64,000 nucleotides of DNA from Candidatus Kaiserbacteria bacterium (GCA_028820405.1 JAPPJI010000025.1:609-64608); one strand, 5' to 3'; shown: positions 9,630-18,757, counted from the first letter of the stretch. Notes: a model not told the origin generated them from the sequence alone. Numbers and translations: made by a program.

Positions 9630-9680
9630 TACCTGTATGATAACGTAAAAAGGAAAGCGTGGTACAGTGCATGCATCTCT

Positions 9681-10355
9681 ATGGCTCTCTCAGATAAACG
9701 AATCCTGAAAGAAATGGAGGCAGGAAATATCATTATTTCCCCGTTTGACCAAACAAACCTCTCTACATCAAGCTATGACGTCACCCTCGGCGAATACTAC
9801 TTCCCTGAGCAGGAGGACGGAAGCACCGTCTACAACCCCTTCAGCAGACAAGACGTTGACCGGGTATGGGGGACAGAGCCGATGACCGCAAAAACAGCGG
9901 AGGAAGTGTTCTGTGACACGCCGTTTGTCTTCGACGGCATCGCAAAAGAAGACCGTGTCATTCTCCTTGACCCGGGCGAGACAATATTGGCTCATACCAA
10001 TGAATTCATCGGCGGGAGAAGCAGAATCACAACCATGATGAAAGCACGGTCTTCATTGGGACGAAACTTCATTGAGGTGTGCAAGTGTGCCGGCTGGGGT
10101 GATGTCGGATACACCAACCGCTGGACCATGGAGATCACCAACAATTCTCGCCGACACTCCATTCCACTCGTCGTTGGTCGGCGCATTGCCCAGATCATCT
10201 TTATTGAAACGGGCGAGATACTGGGAGACGATTACACCCAAAGCGGAAAGTATCAGGCAACGACTGACTTCGTTGAGACTATGCAGGAGACGTGGGACCC
10301 GAGGGCAATGCTCCCCCGAATGTACCATGACCGAGAAATCAAACATACACATTGA
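9681..10355 (+). CDS. dcd: dCTP deaminase
   Basis: MALSDKRIL, SSYDVTLG, ARSSLGR, AGWGDVGY, TMEI, RIAQIIF. Confidence 0.9.
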   Translation: MALSDKRILKEMEAGNIIISPFDQTNLSTSSYDVTLGEYYFPEQEDGSTVYNPFSRQDVDRVWGTEPMTAKTAEEVFCDTPFVFDGIAKEDRVILLDPGETILAHTNEFIGGRSRITTMMKARSSLGRNFIEVCKCAGWGDVGYTNRWTMEITNNSRRHSIPLVVGRRIAQIIFIETGEILGDDYTQSGKYQATTDFVETMQETWDPRAMLPRMYHDREIKHTH

Positions 10356-11007
10356 ATCATCGTGGAAAGAACACCTTACCCCTATCTTGGAGAAGCCGGA
10401 TATGGTGACGCTTCGGCAGACCATCCGCACCTACTACCAAGACCCGAGTAAACGTATCTGCCCGCAACCACAAGATGTCTTTCACGCATTCAACCGATGC
10501 CCATTTTCCGATGTCGCCGTGGTGATCCTCGGCCAGGACCCGTACCACGGCAGCGGACAGGCACACGGACTCTCGTTCTCCGTACCGGAAGGCATCACCG
10601 CCCCGCCCTCGTTAAAAAATATTTTCAAAGAGATTCAGAGCGATGTCGGTACTGACCAGCCAAGTCATGGTGACCTCTCCCGATGGGCAGACCAAGGTGT
10701 GTTTCTGCTCAACGCTATCCTGACCGTTGAAGCCGGCAAGCCGGCGTCACACCGAGGAATCGGCTGGGAACAATTTACCGACACCGTCATCACCCTCCTC
10801 TCAAAAAAGCGGGATCGCCTCGTCTTTATGCTCTGGGGAGCGTATGCAAAACAAAAACAGGAGCTCATTGATACGGAGAAACACCTCGTCCTCTCCGCAG
10901 CACACCCGTCACCGTACTCAGCGGCAAACGGATTTTTCGGATGCAAGCACTTCAGTCAGGCAAACACATACCTTACGGAACACGGCAAACCGACCGTTAC
11001 GTGGTGA
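10327..11007 (+). CDS. ung: Uracil-DNA glycosylase, family 1
   Basis: VVILGQDPYHG, AHGLSFSV, PPSLKNIFKE, HPSPYSA. Confidence 0.97.
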   Translation: MTEKSNIHIESSWKEHLTPILEKPDMVTLRQTIRTYYQDPSKRICPQPQDVFHAFNRCPFSDVAVVILGQDPYHGSGQAHGLSFSVPEGITAPPSLKNIFKEIQSDVGTDQPSHGDLSRWADQGVFLLNAILTVEAGKPASHRGIGWEQFTDTVITLLSKKRDRLVFMLWGAYAKQKQELIDTEKHLVLSAAHPSPYSAANGFFGCKHFSQANTYLTEHGKPTVTW

Positions 11008-12937
11008 CGTCGTCTTCGAAAGCGTTTTGAATAGCGATGCCGTGCTCTTTCAGCAATGCTTCATACTCCTCACGCTCAAGCATCTCGTGCTCAAGGAGTT
11101 CGGTAGCAACGATATCCAGTGCTTTCCGATTCTCTGAAAGGAGGGTGTGTGCACGGCTGTGTGCCTCGGCAACAATGCGGCTGACCTCACTGTCAATCTG
11201 CTTCTCCAGATCCTGTGAATGCAACTCCCGACTGCCAGGGTGCACGGACAGCTGTCGCAGTGCAATCGGACCGACACTGTCAGACATGCCGAACCGCGTC
11301 ACCATGTCATGTGCAAGGTGGGAGACTTCAGAGAGATCGCTCGACGGACCAGTGGTGACATCGCCGAAAACAATTTTCTCCGCTGTGTAGCCGCCGAGAG
11401 CCATGGCGATGGTATCAAGAAACTCAGCCCGTGTTTTCAAACGACGCTCCGTATCCGGCAGTGAGAGAACAAACCCACCGGCATGTCCGCGAGAGACAAT
11501 GGTAATTTTTTGCACCGGATCAGCGTACGGAAGCATTGATGCAAGGAGTGCGTGTCCCGCTTCGTGGTACGCGATCACCTTCTTCTCACGCTTTGTGATG
11601 ACGCGCCCCTTCCGCTCAGGTCCCAGCATTACCTTTTCGATAGCGTCAATGAGGTCTTGCTGCCTGATCGTCTTCCTTGAGTCACGAACGGCAAGAATGG
11701 CTGCTTCGTTGACGATGGATGCAAGGTCAGCACCGGAGAGCCCGGGGGTTCGCCTCGCAATGGCAGTGAAGTCAACGTCACCTTCAAATGTTTTCTCCCG
11801 TGCATGCACGTCCAGTATCTCTTTCCGCTCCTTAATGTCCGGCAGATCAACCACAACTTTTCGGTCAAACCGACCGGGACGAAGGAGTGCGTTGTCGAGA
11901 ATATCCGGGCGGTTGGTTGACGCGAGCACCACCACCTTATCCGTCTGCTCAAAACCGTCCATCTCAACCAGAATCTGGTTCAGCGTCTGCTCCCGCTCGT
12001 CATTGCCGCCACCGAGACCGGATCCGCGTGCCCGACCGACCGCATCAATCTCGTCAATAAATACAATGGCGGGTGCCATCTTTTTTGCATTTGAAAAGAG
12101 ATCACGGACTCGTGATGCCCCAACACCGACAAACATCTCAACAAACTCGGATGCGGAAATCGAAAAGAACGGAACGGCAGCTTCGCCGGCAACTGCACGG
12201 GCAAGCAGTGTTTTTCCGGTACCCGGTGCACCGGTGAGCATTACTCCCTTCGGCACCTTTGCACCAACACTGAGAAATCGATCGGGATGTTTGAGAAATT
12301 CAACGAACTCTTGCAGCTCCTGCTTCGCTTCAGCGGCACCGGCGACGTCACGAAACATCACGCGGTTTCCTTTGTCCTGCGGACCGAGGAACCGTGCACG
12401 GGATCGGGAGAATTGAAACACCTGCATGCCACCCATTCCTTTCGCCTGACGAGAGAGGTACCAGAAAAAGAGGATGAGAATGAGGATCGGGAAGAGGAAG
12501 GGGAGCAGTGAGCGCAGCCAGAAGCCGAACCCTCCCTCCCGCTCAACGTCGTACGAAAGGGCAACGAGCTGTGCCGGTGTTACGCCGAAGCCGGCGAGTG
12601 TCTCTTCAAAGGTTGCTGAGGGCTCCTTACGCAGGGTACCAATACGGTCATCGGCGTAGGTAACTTCAACATCCTGACCGCGAACAACAATTTTAGCGAC
12701 CGCACCGTCATGAATTGCAGTCGCGACCTCAGAGACGGTCGGCTCAAGCGGCTTCTCCTGGTCAAAACCGCCGAACATGTAGGAAAAGAGGATGCTCGCA
12801 CCGACGAACCAAATGAGAATTGTGATGATTTTTGAGGGAAGCCGACTATCCATTGAGACAACAAGGCGACGAGAACCCCTCTTCTTTTTCCTTGTTTTCT
12901 TCCCTCTTTCTCCACCTTTTCGACCTTTTTGTACCAT
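10997..12937 (-). CDS. ftsH: ATP-dependent zinc metalloprotease FtsH
   Basis: Two TMs, [34 protein letters not shown]; exact start uncertain. Confidence 0.97.
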   Translation of the reverse strand: MVQKGRKGGERGKKTRKKKRGSRRLVVSMDSRLPSKIITILIWFVGASILFSYMFGGFDQEKPLEPTVSEVATAIHDGAVAKIVVRGQDVEVTYADDRIGTLRKEPSATFEETLAGFGVTPAQLVALSYDVEREGGFGFWLRSLLPFLFPILILILFFWYLSRQAKGMGGMQVFQFSRSRARFLGPQDKGNRVMFRDVAGAAEAKQELQEFVEFLKHPDRFLSVGAKVPKGVMLTGAPGTGKTLLARAVAGEAAVPFFSISASEFVEMFVGVGASRVRDLFSNAKKMAPAIVFIDEIDAVGRARGSGLGGGNDEREQTLNQILVEMDGFEQTDKVVVLASTNRPDILDNALLRPGRFDRKVVVDLPDIKERKEILDVHAREKTFEGDVDFTAIARRTPGLSGADLASIVNEAAILAVRDSRKTIRQQDLIDAIEKVMLGPERKGRVITKREKKVIAYHEAGHALLASMLPYADPVQKITIVSRGHAGGFVLSLPDTERRLKTRAEFLDTIAMALGGYTAEKIVFGDVTTGPSSDLSEVSHLAHDMVTRFGMSDSVGPIALRQLSVHPGSRELHSQDLEKQIDSEVSRIVAEAHSRAHTLLSENRKALDIVATELLEHEMLEREEYEALLKEHGIAIQNAFEDDVTT

Positions 12938-12971
12938 ACAGAATGGGTAAACAGGCTGTATTATACACACT

Positions 12972-13424
12972 ATGGTCTATATTACGAATAAACAGGTAAA
13001 ACGGCAGTACGAAATCCTCAAAACATACCGTGCGGGGCTCTCCCTTCTCGGCACCGAGACAAAGAGCATCCGAACCGGCAAAGGATCGCTGGTCGGTGCC
13101 ACGGTCCTTGTGCGGGGCGGTGAGGCGTTTCTCGTCAATGCGACCATCCCCGCACACCAGGAGAAAAATGCACCGTCGGGGTATGATCCCGATCGAACGA
13201 GAAAACTGCTCCTGACAAAGCCGGAAGTCCGCGAGTTACACACCGCCCTTGAAAAAAAAGGCTTGACACTTGTTCCGATGGAGATATATAATTCAAGGAG
13301 AAAATTAAAATTGGGGTTTGCTATCGCGAGAAAAAAGAATCCTCGTGACAAGCGAGAAGACTTGAAACGGCGTGATGCCGATCGAGACCGACGACGCTCT
13401 TTGCAAGATGACAGATACGACTAA
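12972..13424 (+). CDS. smpB: SsrA-binding protein SmpB
   Basis: AGLSLLGTETKSIR, RTRKLLL, GLTLVP, DKREDLKRRD; immediately upstream of tmRNA. Confidence 0.96.
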   Translation: MVYITNKQVKRQYEILKTYRAGLSLLGTETKSIRTGKGSLVGATVLVRGGEAFLVNATIPAHQEKNAPSGYDPDRTRKLLLTKPEVRELHTALEKKGLTLVPMEIYNSRRKLKLGFAIARKKNPRDKREDLKRRDADRDRRRSLQDDRYD

Positions 13425-13471
13425 TACCCCCAAAGGGGGCTATCTCAACCCCACCCGAGGTAGTCCCCTTT

Positions 13472-13811
13472 GGGGGTGTCAGGCTTTGACGGATTACATA
13501 CTGTCCCACGTATGCGTGATGAAGGGAGACCTTCTCAAACATCAATCGTTGCAAACACTATTGCACGGCTCTTCAATAGAGCTCCTTCTCCGGCATTCGC
13601 GTAACAGCGACCCGGGGAACATCCGGCTGGCGATTCTCGCTACCTAGTCCGGGTGTAAGATGAGCGGGAAGTCAGGCATGTCCGTATCCGCTTCGGATAT
13701 GCCGTCGCATACAAGCGGAACTTTGGTTCGCACGAACCTATCGTGCTAGGTCACGTACACATACGGGCGACACGTAGTCTGGACGAGGGTTCAATTCCCT
13801 CCACCTCCACC
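13472..13811 (+). ncRNA. ssrA: tmRNA; tag reading frame 13551-13604 encodes (A)ANTIARLFNRAPSPAFA*
   Basis: 5' GGGGGTG...TTTGAC, 3' GACGAGGGTTCAATTCCCTCCACCTCCACC; acceptor stem has the G3-U wobble; tag ends in AFA; next to smpB. Confidence 0.95.
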
Positions 13812-13853
13812 GATATCACATCGAGGCTTTGCCGCGACATCTATAGCGTTTGT

Positions 13854-13930
13854 AAAAATAGGAGCGGGTAAAGGAGAGTAGACCTGCTCTGCTGGTACCT
13901 GCCGATACACTTGTCTGGTATGCTGGGCTT
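13854..13930 (-). ncRNA. Candidate ~77-nt sRNA with anti-SD-like terminator loop
   Basis: TACAAT at 13942-13937; terminal stem GAGCAGGU/ACCCGCUC with loop CUACUCUCCUUU, then U-tract. Confidence 0.3.
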
Positions 13931-13945
13931 GAAACTATTGTATTG

Positions 13946-14014
13946 AAAAAGTGAGGGCAAGAGTACACGGCTCCTGCCCTCCCCCATTGGCGATGAGGTG
14001 TCTCGAACGAGACA
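13946..14014 (-). ncRNA. Candidate ~70-nt three-hairpin sRNA
   Basis: TATATT at 14025-14020; hairpins UGUCUC/GAGACA, CCUCA/UGGGG and GAGGGCAGGAG/CUCUUGCCCUC plus U5. Confidence 0.35.
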
Positions 14015-14112
14015 GAAGTAATATACCAGAGAAAAAATTAGGGACATGAACCGAGTGTCCATGCCCCTTTCCCCTTTTGCCTCACCACTCCCCAGCAGGA
14101 GACATTTATATT

Positions 14113-14220
14113 CTACATCTGCAACCACACCTCGTACATTAGGTTGACCGCATAGAAAAGCCCGAGTACCTGTAATAAAAAGAGTGCTGCACCTGCGACA
14201 AACGAAAACATCCTCCTCAT
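14113..14220 (-). CDS. 35-aa single-TM peptide MRRMFSFVAGAALFLLQVLGLFYAVNLMYEVWLQM
   Basis: SD-like GAGGGAG before ATG; hydrophobic; own terminator at ~14033-14068. Confidence 0.55.
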   Translation of the reverse strand: MRRMFSFVAGAALFLLQVLGLFYAVNLMYEVWLQM

Positions 14221-14361
14221 TCAATACTCCCTCACACCGCCTCACAATGAAAAAATAGGAGGAGCAGATTGTGCGTCTGCCCCTCCTTTTATCGTCCCGT
14301 GGTGGCGGCGGGCACCGTAGGATCGGGACGAAACGAGAGGAACAGCGGAACCTCCCGTGGA

Positions 14362-14523
14362 TCAGTGCAGGTTTTTTACAACCTGAAACAGCAGGACAAG
14401 TCCCAGCATCGCAACCGCAAGTGCAGTAGTGGGAACCGCAGCCATCACGATTGTGGTGCCAAGGTCTTTCAATGAAACCTTATCCTCACTTCCCGCAAGG
14501 ACGTGCCTCTTTTCGCCTTCCAT
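14362..14523 (-). CDS. 53-aa peptide with C-terminal TM (MEGEKRHVLAGSEDKVSLKDLGTTIVMAAVPTTALAVAMLGLVLLFQVVKNLH)
   Basis: SD GAGGGAG; structured 3' UTR and terminator at ~14251-14290. Confidence 0.55.
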   Translation of the reverse strand: MEGEKRHVLAGSEDKVSLKDLGTTIVMAAVPTTALAVAMLGLVLLFQVVKNLH

Positions 14524-14830
14524 TCGTCTCCCTCTCTCTGATTTTGTGTATGTACACCGCCAGAGATATTTATATCATGCCAGAAAATCCTACACAATAG
14601 TATAGTGTTTTTCCCCTGAATCGGGTAATGGATATTACCCGACCTAGACATAACGAAGGTAACTATTTACGTTACGCATGTCGCATGACACACCTCCTTA
14701 AAGAGTGTGGTGAAGGAACGAATCTAATAAGATAATATCACGATGTGATATATTTATCAAATTCTTTGTTGCCCTGATTACCCCTAAAATAGCCCCCCTT
14801 GGATACTTCTATACCCAAGGGGGTTGTGTT

Positions 14831-15292
14831 TCATTCCGCATCGAGCAACACCCAGACACTCCATCGAATACTCTTCACCGAACGACCCGTTTCCCGAATC
14901 TTGGACCGAATTCGTACGGCCTCTTGCACAAAATCATACGGATCGGAAAAGACCCCTACCCCTAACGGCATTAAGCGAACTGAACTGACACCATGTGTGT
15001 CAGCTTCGACTGTGTAAAAATGCTGAAACCCCGTGCGTGCTAATGTTTCCTCAACAGTGCTCGCCGATGCCCGAACTATCTGCTCATCCATCACACCGCC
15101 ATTGCCAAGAGCAATCGTGACAATTTCGGGATCAGAGTTGGTCACCAGCGTCCGCACTATCGCAACCTGTGTAACGGAAGGGACAACATTCCCGTTCTCT
15201 GACAGATGACTGTCACTATGATCCGGCGACGAACATGCTGCAGAGAGCAACGAAACAAGACCAGGCACCACAGTAAACAGTATCTTCTTCAT
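14831..15292 (-). CDS. Putative lipoprotein, orphan; contains S-x-VEETLA-x-x-GF motif
   Basis: SD GAAAGGAAGG; MKKILF...LLSAAC lipobox-like. Confidence 0.7.
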   Translation of the reverse strand: MKKILFTVVPGLVSLLSAACSSPDHSDSHLSENGNVVPSVTQVAIVRTLVTNSDPEIVTIALGNGGVMDEQIVRASASTVEETLARTGFQHFYTVEADTHGVSSVRLMPLGVGVFSDPYDFVQEAVRIRSKIRETGRSVKSIRWSVWVLLDAE

Positions 15293-15386
15293 ACTGTCCT
15301 TCCTTTCGCTTGCTGGGCTGCATTGCCCACAACAATAGTGCGAAACTGCAGATAACAGCAACAAGACTGATCAATACTCTCGACAT
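15216..15386 (-). CDS. 56-aa small membrane protein, overlapping the lipoprotein start
   Basis: SD AAAGGAGG; hydrophobic N-terminus MSRVLISLVAVICSFALLLWAM. Confidence 0.4.
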   Translation of the reverse strand: MSRVLISLVAVICSFALLLWAMQPSKRKEGQYEEDTVYCGAWSCFVALCSMFVAGS

Positions 15387-15457
15387 CCTGTCCTCCTTTC
15401 GTCTATTGGGCTTCATTGCCCATAGGTAGTATACAACCGCATGCTACAATACTATTT

Positions 15458-16315
15458 ATGGATGTTCGGGTAAAGTTTGTTCTCAGCATGATTGGACTTG
15501 TTCTGTTCATTGTCGCACTCAGCATTGTCGTCTATTTCGTTGTCCGAGATGCAGCAGTGCCGGATGATACTACGGCACCGGCACGAATCGGCACACCGGG
15601 ACAGAGCGATCCCGTACTCGGGTTTGATAACATTCTTGGCGGTGAGCCAGATCCAGAAGAAGAAACAGAGGAGTCCAACCCGGGACTGACATTGAGTCCG
15701 CCGGAGACCCCTGACCAAGAAGAGCCGTCACCACGGGGAACTGAGCAACTCGGCGAGCAGGTATATACCGTTCGCATGCTGGGAACGTGGAATAAAAATG
15801 TGCATGGATCGTGGTACCCGGACGGTGCACATCTCTCTCCTATGGTTGCATGGTCTCACCGGCCGGGCGACCACATCTACGCCCTCGGCAAGTCTGCAAG
15901 TATTGGCGTTGAGTCGGTTGCGGAAACCGGATCTCCTCGCCGCATTGAGCGAGAAATTCACGCGGTGCAAAACGAGGGATACATCCTTGACTACGCTATC
16001 GGTAAAAAGATCTACGCCCCCGGCGAGGACATGGTGCAGATTCGGGTAGCGGAACATGCATCGAATATAACGGTTATCAGCATGATCGCACCGAGTCCGG
16101 ATTGGTTTGTTGCGGCAAAGAATATCTCCCTTTTTGAAAATGGATCGTGGGTAGAGCGGAAACAATACGCTGCCAGTATCTATGACTCAGGAACAGATTC
16201 CGGTGAAACATTCTCTGCAAGAGATATTGACACAAACCCGAAGGAATCCATTGACCTTCTGCCAAACCAGCCAGATGTGCCGATTGTTACCTTCGAATTT
16301 GTCAGAGAACACTAG
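15458..16315 (+). CDS. Membrane-anchored spondin_N domain protein
   Basis: TM, Pro/Glu linker, HLSPMVAWSH, ASIGVESVAETG, ISMIAPSPDWFV, YDSGTDSGETF. Confidence 0.88.
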   Translation: MDVRVKFVLSMIGLVLFIVALSIVVYFVVRDAAVPDDTTAPARIGTPGQSDPVLGFDNILGGEPDPEEETEESNPGLTLSPPETPDQEEPSPRGTEQLGEQVYTVRMLGTWNKNVHGSWYPDGAHLSPMVAWSHRPGDHIYALGKSASIGVESVAETGSPRRIEREIHAVQNEGYILDYAIGKKIYAPGEDMVQIRVAEHASNITVISMIAPSPDWFVAAKNISLFENGSWVERKQYAASIYDSGTDSGETFSARDIDTNPKESIDLLPNQPDVPIVTFEFVREH

Positions 16316-17649
16316 ACAAGTACCTTTTTCAACTCCTCACGGATAATGGCACGCTCATCCCAGTGACGAGACTCGCCGTTCACCTCATACGTTGTCTCAG
16401 CTCCCTTGCCGGCGATAACAACGACATCCCCTTTCTTTGCCTGGGAAAGGGCGTAGGCAATTCCTGCCCTTCGATCAAGTTTCTCGTGCCAGGTCGCCTT
16501 ACCCACTTTTTTCAAACCACGGACAACCGCAGTGGCAATATCACTTGGATCATCAAAGTACGGATCGTTATTTGATATCACAACGACGTCGGCATAGCGA
16601 CCGGCAGTCTCGCCAATCTCTTCCGCGTTATACTTCCAGCGAGAACCGCCGACTGCACCGGTGAGAAGGATCAACCGACCTCCGTCGGAGACAAACGGTC
16701 GCAGTGTCGTGCAGACACTCTTGATACTCAGCGGCTCATGAGCATAGTCGCAGTACACCCGAAACGGCTGACTGTCGGCAACGGTCATCGGCTCAAGCCG
16801 ACCCCGCAGGACAACTGATGAAAGTGCCTGCCGAAGATCTTTCGGTGATGCACTGCAGTATCGCTGTGCGAGAATAACGGCAGGTGCCGCGTTATACGCA
16901 GCAATCGTCCCGGGAAACGGTGTCGTGTATTCGCTGCCGTCAACAGAGAACGAACCGCCGTCACCTGACTGCAGAGCAACTGCTGCCTTCTTGGAAAAAC
17001 CGAAAAGAATTTGTTCACTGAGTGATGACCCGGAGAGGTTGGAGAAGTAGTCGGCATTCCCGTCATCTGCGTTAATCAAAACAAACCGCTTCACCAAACG
17101 TCCGTTAAGAACCTTCTGTCGAGATCGTGCATGGTTCCGAAAAAGCACCCCTTTAACCGCACGATACCGCTCAAACGTCTTGTGTGTCACCAGGTGCTCC
17201 GGCGAGAGATTGGTGAAAACAACCGAATCATACTGCACACCGAGAACGCGAAAGTGGCGAATCGCTTCAGAGGGGGTCTCGATAACGGCATACGTACATC
17301 CCTCCTGCACCATCGCACGAAGATACCGCTGCACATACCCGCGACCGGGTAGTGTCATGTGTCTGGTGTTGACCGCCACTTTGTCACCGATACGCATCTC
17401 AACCGTAGAAAAAAGACCGACCTTTTCTCCCGCGGCAGTCAGGGCAGCGTGAATAAACGCTGCCGTGGTCGTCTTCCCTTTTGTCCCGGTAACCCCGATA
17501 ACAACGAGATGCCGAGAGGGATTCCGGTAGAGGGCGAGGGCGGCAACAGCGAGTGCAAAGTGGTATGCGAGCAGAATGGGTTCCGGTATATACCGCACTA
17601 CCCCCCGCTTCACACGACGGACAATCGTGACGGCGTCCTCAACGTTCAT
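16312..17649 (-). CDS. murE: Mur ligase, MurE-like UDP-MurNAc-tripeptide synthetase
   Basis: VIGVTGTKGKTTT, VFTNLSPEHL, DYAHEP, DVVVIAGKGAE. Confidence 0.85.
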   Translation of the reverse strand: MNVEDAVTIVRRVKRGVVRYIPEPILLAYHFALAVAALALYRNPSRHLVVIGVTGTKGKTTTAAFIHAALTAAGEKVGLFSTVEMRIGDKVAVNTRHMTLPGRGYVQRYLRAMVQEGCTYAVIETPSEAIRHFRVLGVQYDSVVFTNLSPEHLVTHKTFERYRAVKGVLFRNHARSRQKVLNGRLVKRFVLINADDGNADYFSNLSGSSLSEQILFGFSKKAAVALQSGDGGSFSVDGSEYTTPFPGTIAAYNAAPAVILAQRYCSASPKDLRQALSSVVLRGRLEPMTVADSQPFRVYCDYAHEPLSIKSVCTTLRPFVSDGGRLILLTGAVGGSRWKYNAEEIGETAGRYADVVVISNNDPYFDDPSDIATAVVRGLKKVGKATWHEKLDRRAGIAYALSQAKKGDVVVIAGKGAETTYEVNGESRHWDERAIIREELKKVLV

Positions 17650-17671
17650 AACACCGTCAGTATACCAGTCC

Positions 17672-18757
17672 TCATGTACCGATATCGGTGCTCTGCAATT
17701 CAGCAACGGTATACCGATACCACGTCGTGAGGAGACGGCGAGCAGAGAGGATGATCGGAAAACGGAGGAATCGGAACAGGAGGTATCGCCACCACGAGAC
17801 CACAATATCTCGTGGTCGGTCGTAGATAACGACAGACCCGCCGAACTTCTGCTTGAACTCCGAAAGTGAACTGAGGGATGACGATCCTTCAACCTCAACA
17901 CCGCCAAGATTGTATCGACGAATCCCTTGATTCTTTGCCTCATGCAGTGCCCGAATCAATGTGAGGGTCGGCATGCTGTATGCGAGTCCTTCAGGCATGT
18001 TGCCAACAAAAAGGTGGTATGCTTCAGCACCGGTGTATACAACGAGCACCGCTGATACCGGCTTATCGACTGAAATCTCATCAACATAGCCAAGTATGAG
18101 TGCACCGTATTCGGGAGATTCCACGAGCTCAGAGAACACGGTCTCATAGTACTCCCTCGGATGCAGAGAAAATCCTCGTGCCTGTGCCGTCTGCGTGAGA
18201 ATATCATACACATCGGCAAAGTGACTCATGAAATCAACATTTTCGACTCGAAACCGAATACCCTGCTGATTCTGCTCATACTTTTGTATTTGCCGTCTCG
18301 TGCTTTTAGAAAAAGATGCGGTGATGTTTTCCATGTCACCGTCAATTGAGATAACCCGTTCAGCAACCGGCTGCACAAAACTACCCGGTCCCTGTTCTGC
18401 CAGGGCAGACCGAACCCGATCGGTCGGCGGCACTCGATGCAGTCTGAGGTGTGATGTCGGCGATGCTTCAGAGCAACGGCGACGAAGTTCGTGATAGAAT
18501 TCGGATTCGATGGATGGCGAGCTGAATGTACCTATCGGTCCGTGATCGGCAACCCATACACAGCCGGTGCCGGGAAGGTCATACCCGACACATTGTGCGA
18601 ACGCCTGCACGGCACCGCTCGGATCAGATACCGCAAGGGTAATCACCTTCTGCCCGTACGCCTGCTTCCACCTTCGGTAAAAGAGACTCTGGTGGAGCGG
18701 GACATCATCAAAATACTGGTCGGGATCAAAATCATCCGCCGGCTGATGGATATACAT
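17672..18757 (-). CDS. FemABX-family peptidoglycan interpeptide-bridge aminoacyltransferase
   Basis: HQSLFY..WK, FSKSTRRQI, HPREYY, YNLGGV, FKQKFGG; upstream of murE. Confidence 0.8.
   Translation of the reverse strand: MYIHQPADDFDPDQYFDDVPLHQSLFYRRWKQAYGQKVITLAVSDPSGAVQAFAQCVGYDLPGTGCVWVADHGPIGTFSSPSIESEFYHELRRRCSEASPTSHLRLHRVPPTDRVRSALAEQGPGSFVQPVAERVISIDGDMENITASFSKSTRRQIQKYEQNQQGIRFRVENVDFMSHFADVYDILTQTAQARGFSLHPREYYETVFSELVESPEYGALILGYVDEISVDKPVSAVLVVYTGAEAYHLFVGNMPEGLAYSMPTLTLIRALHEAKNQGIRRYNLGGVEVEGSSSLSSLSEFKQKFGGSVVIYDRPRDIVVSWWRYLLFRFLRFPIILSARRLLTTWYRYTVAELQSTDIGT

Noticed and set aside
11403-12416. 337-aa plus-strand ORF and other long antisense ORFs (e.g. 27842-28747, 27073-27825, 20892-21659 alternate frame)
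   Set aside because: Shadow frames of the conserved genes ftsH, recA, ftsK and uvrA; no motifs or initiation signals
13841-14245. 134-aa minus-strand ORF from the track
   Set aside because: Crosses several terminator hairpins; better explained by the SD-led 35-aa ORF and short RNA units
13790-15415. Integrative element or prophage at the tmRNA 3' end
   Set aside because: No integrase and no direct repeat of the ssrA 3' end seen in the window
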